Shown: positions 35,216 through 36,904 of the stretch, piece by piece | Position numbering within the stretch: position 1 is the stretch's first letter | How the letters are laid out: every line of letters begins with the position of its first letter | Virus record (IMG/VR): IMGVR_UViG_3300038809_000038 | Location: 1 to 36,904 of that record | Origin: a virus | Taxonomy: Duplodnaviria; Caudoviricetes | Length of the DNA: 36,904 nucleotides | Strand: one strand, 5' to 3' | Translations under genes and position numbers: made by a program | Notes under the pieces: model-generated | Seen by the model: the letters and a program-made list of their open reading frames with translations, nothing else | What the model was told of the DNA's origin: nothing | Database searches by the model: none

Positions 35216-35812
35216 ATGACAAATTCTAATCCTCCGCGGATCTACCTAGCCCATCCGGTTACGGGGGAGTACATGGGTGAAGCATTTGCTGACCCGAACC
35301 CACTTGATCCGGATAACTGGCTCATTCCAGCCAGAGCCTTTGTAGATGCTCCGCCGCCAAGCAAAGTAGGCTTTGCGGTGATCAATACTCCCGACAGCGA
35401 TCAGACCTGGTCGTTAGTTCAAGACTGTCGAGGCATTGTCTATAGCACAGTCGATGGGAAGGCTCACGAATGGCAAGAGCTTGGCCCGCTCCCCGATTAT
35501 CTGACAGCAGAAGTCTGTCCCGGCCCGTTTTACGTATGGCAAGAAGATCGCTGGCAGTTAGATAAAGAAGCAGAGGCTAAGGCACTGTCTAGTCAAGCCC
35601 TGGCTGAGCGCGACCGATTGTTGGCGGCTGCAACTACGCGTATGGCGCCGCTGCAAGATGCAGTGGACCTGGGCGACGCGTCACCCGAAGATGAGTTGGA
35701 AATCGAGGCATGGAAGCGTTACCGCGTAGCCTTGAACAGAATTCAGCGACAGCCTGATTTTCCGAAAGCTATTGATTGGCCAACTTCTCCCGTCAATCGC
35801 AATCAGCAATAA
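35216..35812 (+). CDS. tail fibre assembly chaperone (Tfa)
   Basis: TGEYMG..ADP, APLQDAVDLG, WKRYRVALNRI...IDWP. Confidence 0.88.
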   Translation: MTNSNPPRIYLAHPVTGEYMGEAFADPNPLDPDNWLIPARAFVDAPPPSKVGFAVINTPDSDQTWSLVQDCRGIVYSTVDGKAHEWQELGPLPDYLTAEVCPGPFYVWQEDRWQLDKEAEAKALSSQALAERDRLLAAATTRMAPLQDAVDLGDASPEDELEIEAWKRYRVALNRIQRQPDFPKAIDWPTSPVNRNQQ

Positions 35813-35945
35813 AAGAGGGCTGTCAGCTCAGATGTAGACGCATCTAAGCTGACCGCCAACCAGCAGAGATAGCCTGCAAGCCAGCCAAGGCCCTCCCGCT
35901 CACGTGAGCGTTGGGAAGCCTACCAGAAGTGCAAAAGGTTTGCAG

Positions 35946-36140
35946 ATGATGCAAGAGGTACGTTGTGGCCACTGTGGCCGAAAGCTAGCCGCCGTATGTG
36001 GTTTTACGGAATTACAGATCAAGTGCCCGCGTTGCCGGACGCTTAACCATTTGAAGGCCGAGAGCCTCCTGACATCGCCAGCGAGCGCCCCAAGCCTTCA
36101 GGAGGCAATATGTCCGCGCAACCGATCATCCCCTGGATAG
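35946..36140 (+). CDS. com: Com family zinc-finger translational activator
   Basis: EVRCGHCGRKLA...IKCPRCRTLN; overlaps the methylase start. Confidence 0.88.
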   Translation: MMQEVRCGHCGRKLAAVCGFTELQIKCPRCRTLNHLKAESLLTSPASAPSLQEAICPRNRSSPG

Positions 36141-36904
36141 GTGGCAAACGCCGCCTCGCCGACCGTATCTTCGCGCTGTTTCCGGCTCACAGTTGTTATG
36201 TGGAGCCTTTCGCCGGAGGCGCCGCGCTGTTCTTTTTAAGACCGGTACCGGCAGAGGTCGAGGTGCTTAATGATGTCAACGGTGACTTGATCAACCTCTA
36301 CCGGGTGGTGCAAAACCACTTGGAAGAGTTTGTCAGGCAATTCAAATGGGCTTTGTCGAGCCGCCAGGTGTTTAAGTGGTTGCAGATGACGAGGCCGGAG
36401 ACCCTTACCGATATCCAGCGGGCAGCCAGGTTCTATTACCTGCAGCAGTCCGCGTTCGGTGGCCGTGTCGACGGTCAGACCTACGGTACTGCGACTACGA
36501 CACCACCTGGACTGAACCTGCTTCGCCTGGAGGAAGCGTTATCCGCCGCGCACCTGCGTCTGAGCAGCACCTATATAGAGCACTTGGGGTGGCAAGAGGT
36601 GATGAAGAAGTACGACCGTGAACACACACTGTTTTACTGTGACCCGCCGTACTGGCAGACCGAAGGCTACGGCGTTCCGTTTGGGCTGGAGCAGTACGAA
36701 GCGATGGCCACAGTTTTAAGAGAAATTAAGGGCAAGGCTATCGTTAGCCTGAATGACCACCCTGACATCCGTAGGGTATTCGCTGGTTTCCACATAGAAA
36801 CCACTGACATCAAATACACCGTTGGTGGTGGCAAAGGGAGTGATGCAAAGGAGGTGTTGATCTTCAGTTGGGACATTCAGGCCGAACCTGCCGGTCTGTT
36901 TTGA
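36110..36904 (+). CDS. DNA adenine methyltransferase (D12/Dam-like class)
   Basis: WIGGKRRLA, YVEPFAGG, FYCDPPY. Confidence 0.93.
   Translation: MSAQPIIPWIGGKRRLADRIFALFPAHSCYVEPFAGGAALFFLRPVPAEVEVLNDVNGDLINLYRVVQNHLEEFVRQFKWALSSRQVFKWLQMTRPETLTDIQRAARFYYLQQSAFGGRVDGQTYGTATTTPPGLNLLRLEEALSAAHLRLSSTYIEHLGWQEVMKKYDREHTLFYCDPPYWQTEGYGVPFGLEQYEAMATVLREIKGKAIVSLNDHPDIRRVFAGFHIETTDIKYTVGGGKGSDAKEVLIFSWDIQAEPAGLF

Larger units (their letters stand above)
1..36904. mobile_element. Mu-like transposable prophage (B3/BcepMu-like organisation, contractile tail); termini not in window
   Basis: DDE transposase plus AAA ATPase, Mor, GemA, Ner/repressor switch, Mu gp26-gp29/F/G/I/gp36/gp37-like genes and com-methylase in continuous synteny. 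Confidence 0.97.

Noticed and set aside
33537-35945. Gin-type invertible segment or diversity-generating retroelement
   Set aside because: No invertase or reverse transcriptase; fibre repeats are too diverged and do not show adenine-specific differences
35904-35945. Upstream GTG start for com from the ORF track
   Set aside because: Com similarity begins at MQEVRC; the extension lies within the structured leader
1-36904. Phage termini (TG...CA), tRNA/rRNA genes, CRISPR arrays, recognisable anti-CRISPR/aca genes
   Set aside because: Window begins and ends at stop codons; none of these seen by eye, and the G-I gap holds no credible ORF

Overview
The window holds almost the whole gene content of a transposable (Mu-like) temperate phage with a contractile tail, probably a Pseudomonas prophage judging by codon usage and GC content. 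Its layout resembles B3/BcepMu. A leftward early operon (Ner-like regulator, HTH protein, DUF3102, DDE transposase, AAA ATPase, accessory genes, GemA/gp16, Mor/C activator) diverges from an XRE repressor. A rightward late region follows: lysis cassette with an embedded o-spanin and a TraR-like gene, Mu-type terminase/portal/F/G/I, lambda D/E-type capsid genes, a P2-type tail and baseplate, fibre plus chaperone, and com plus an adenine methylase in place of mom. The phage ends lie outside the window. The most notable non-coding signals are: (1) a 22-bp box repeated four times, each exactly 18 nt before a -10-like hexamer (candidate late promoters); (2) a cluster of GGA motifs, two in hairpin loops, ahead of a terminator, resembling an Rsm/Csr-titrating RNA; (3) a stem that sequesters the methylase SD and carries Com-type motifs; (4) a structured leader before com; (5) a +1/-2 frame tail-chaperone extension; (6) a probable strong-gyrase-site position; (7) several antisense or repressor-linked morons. 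All family assignments come from motif recognition and synteny; no searches were run.
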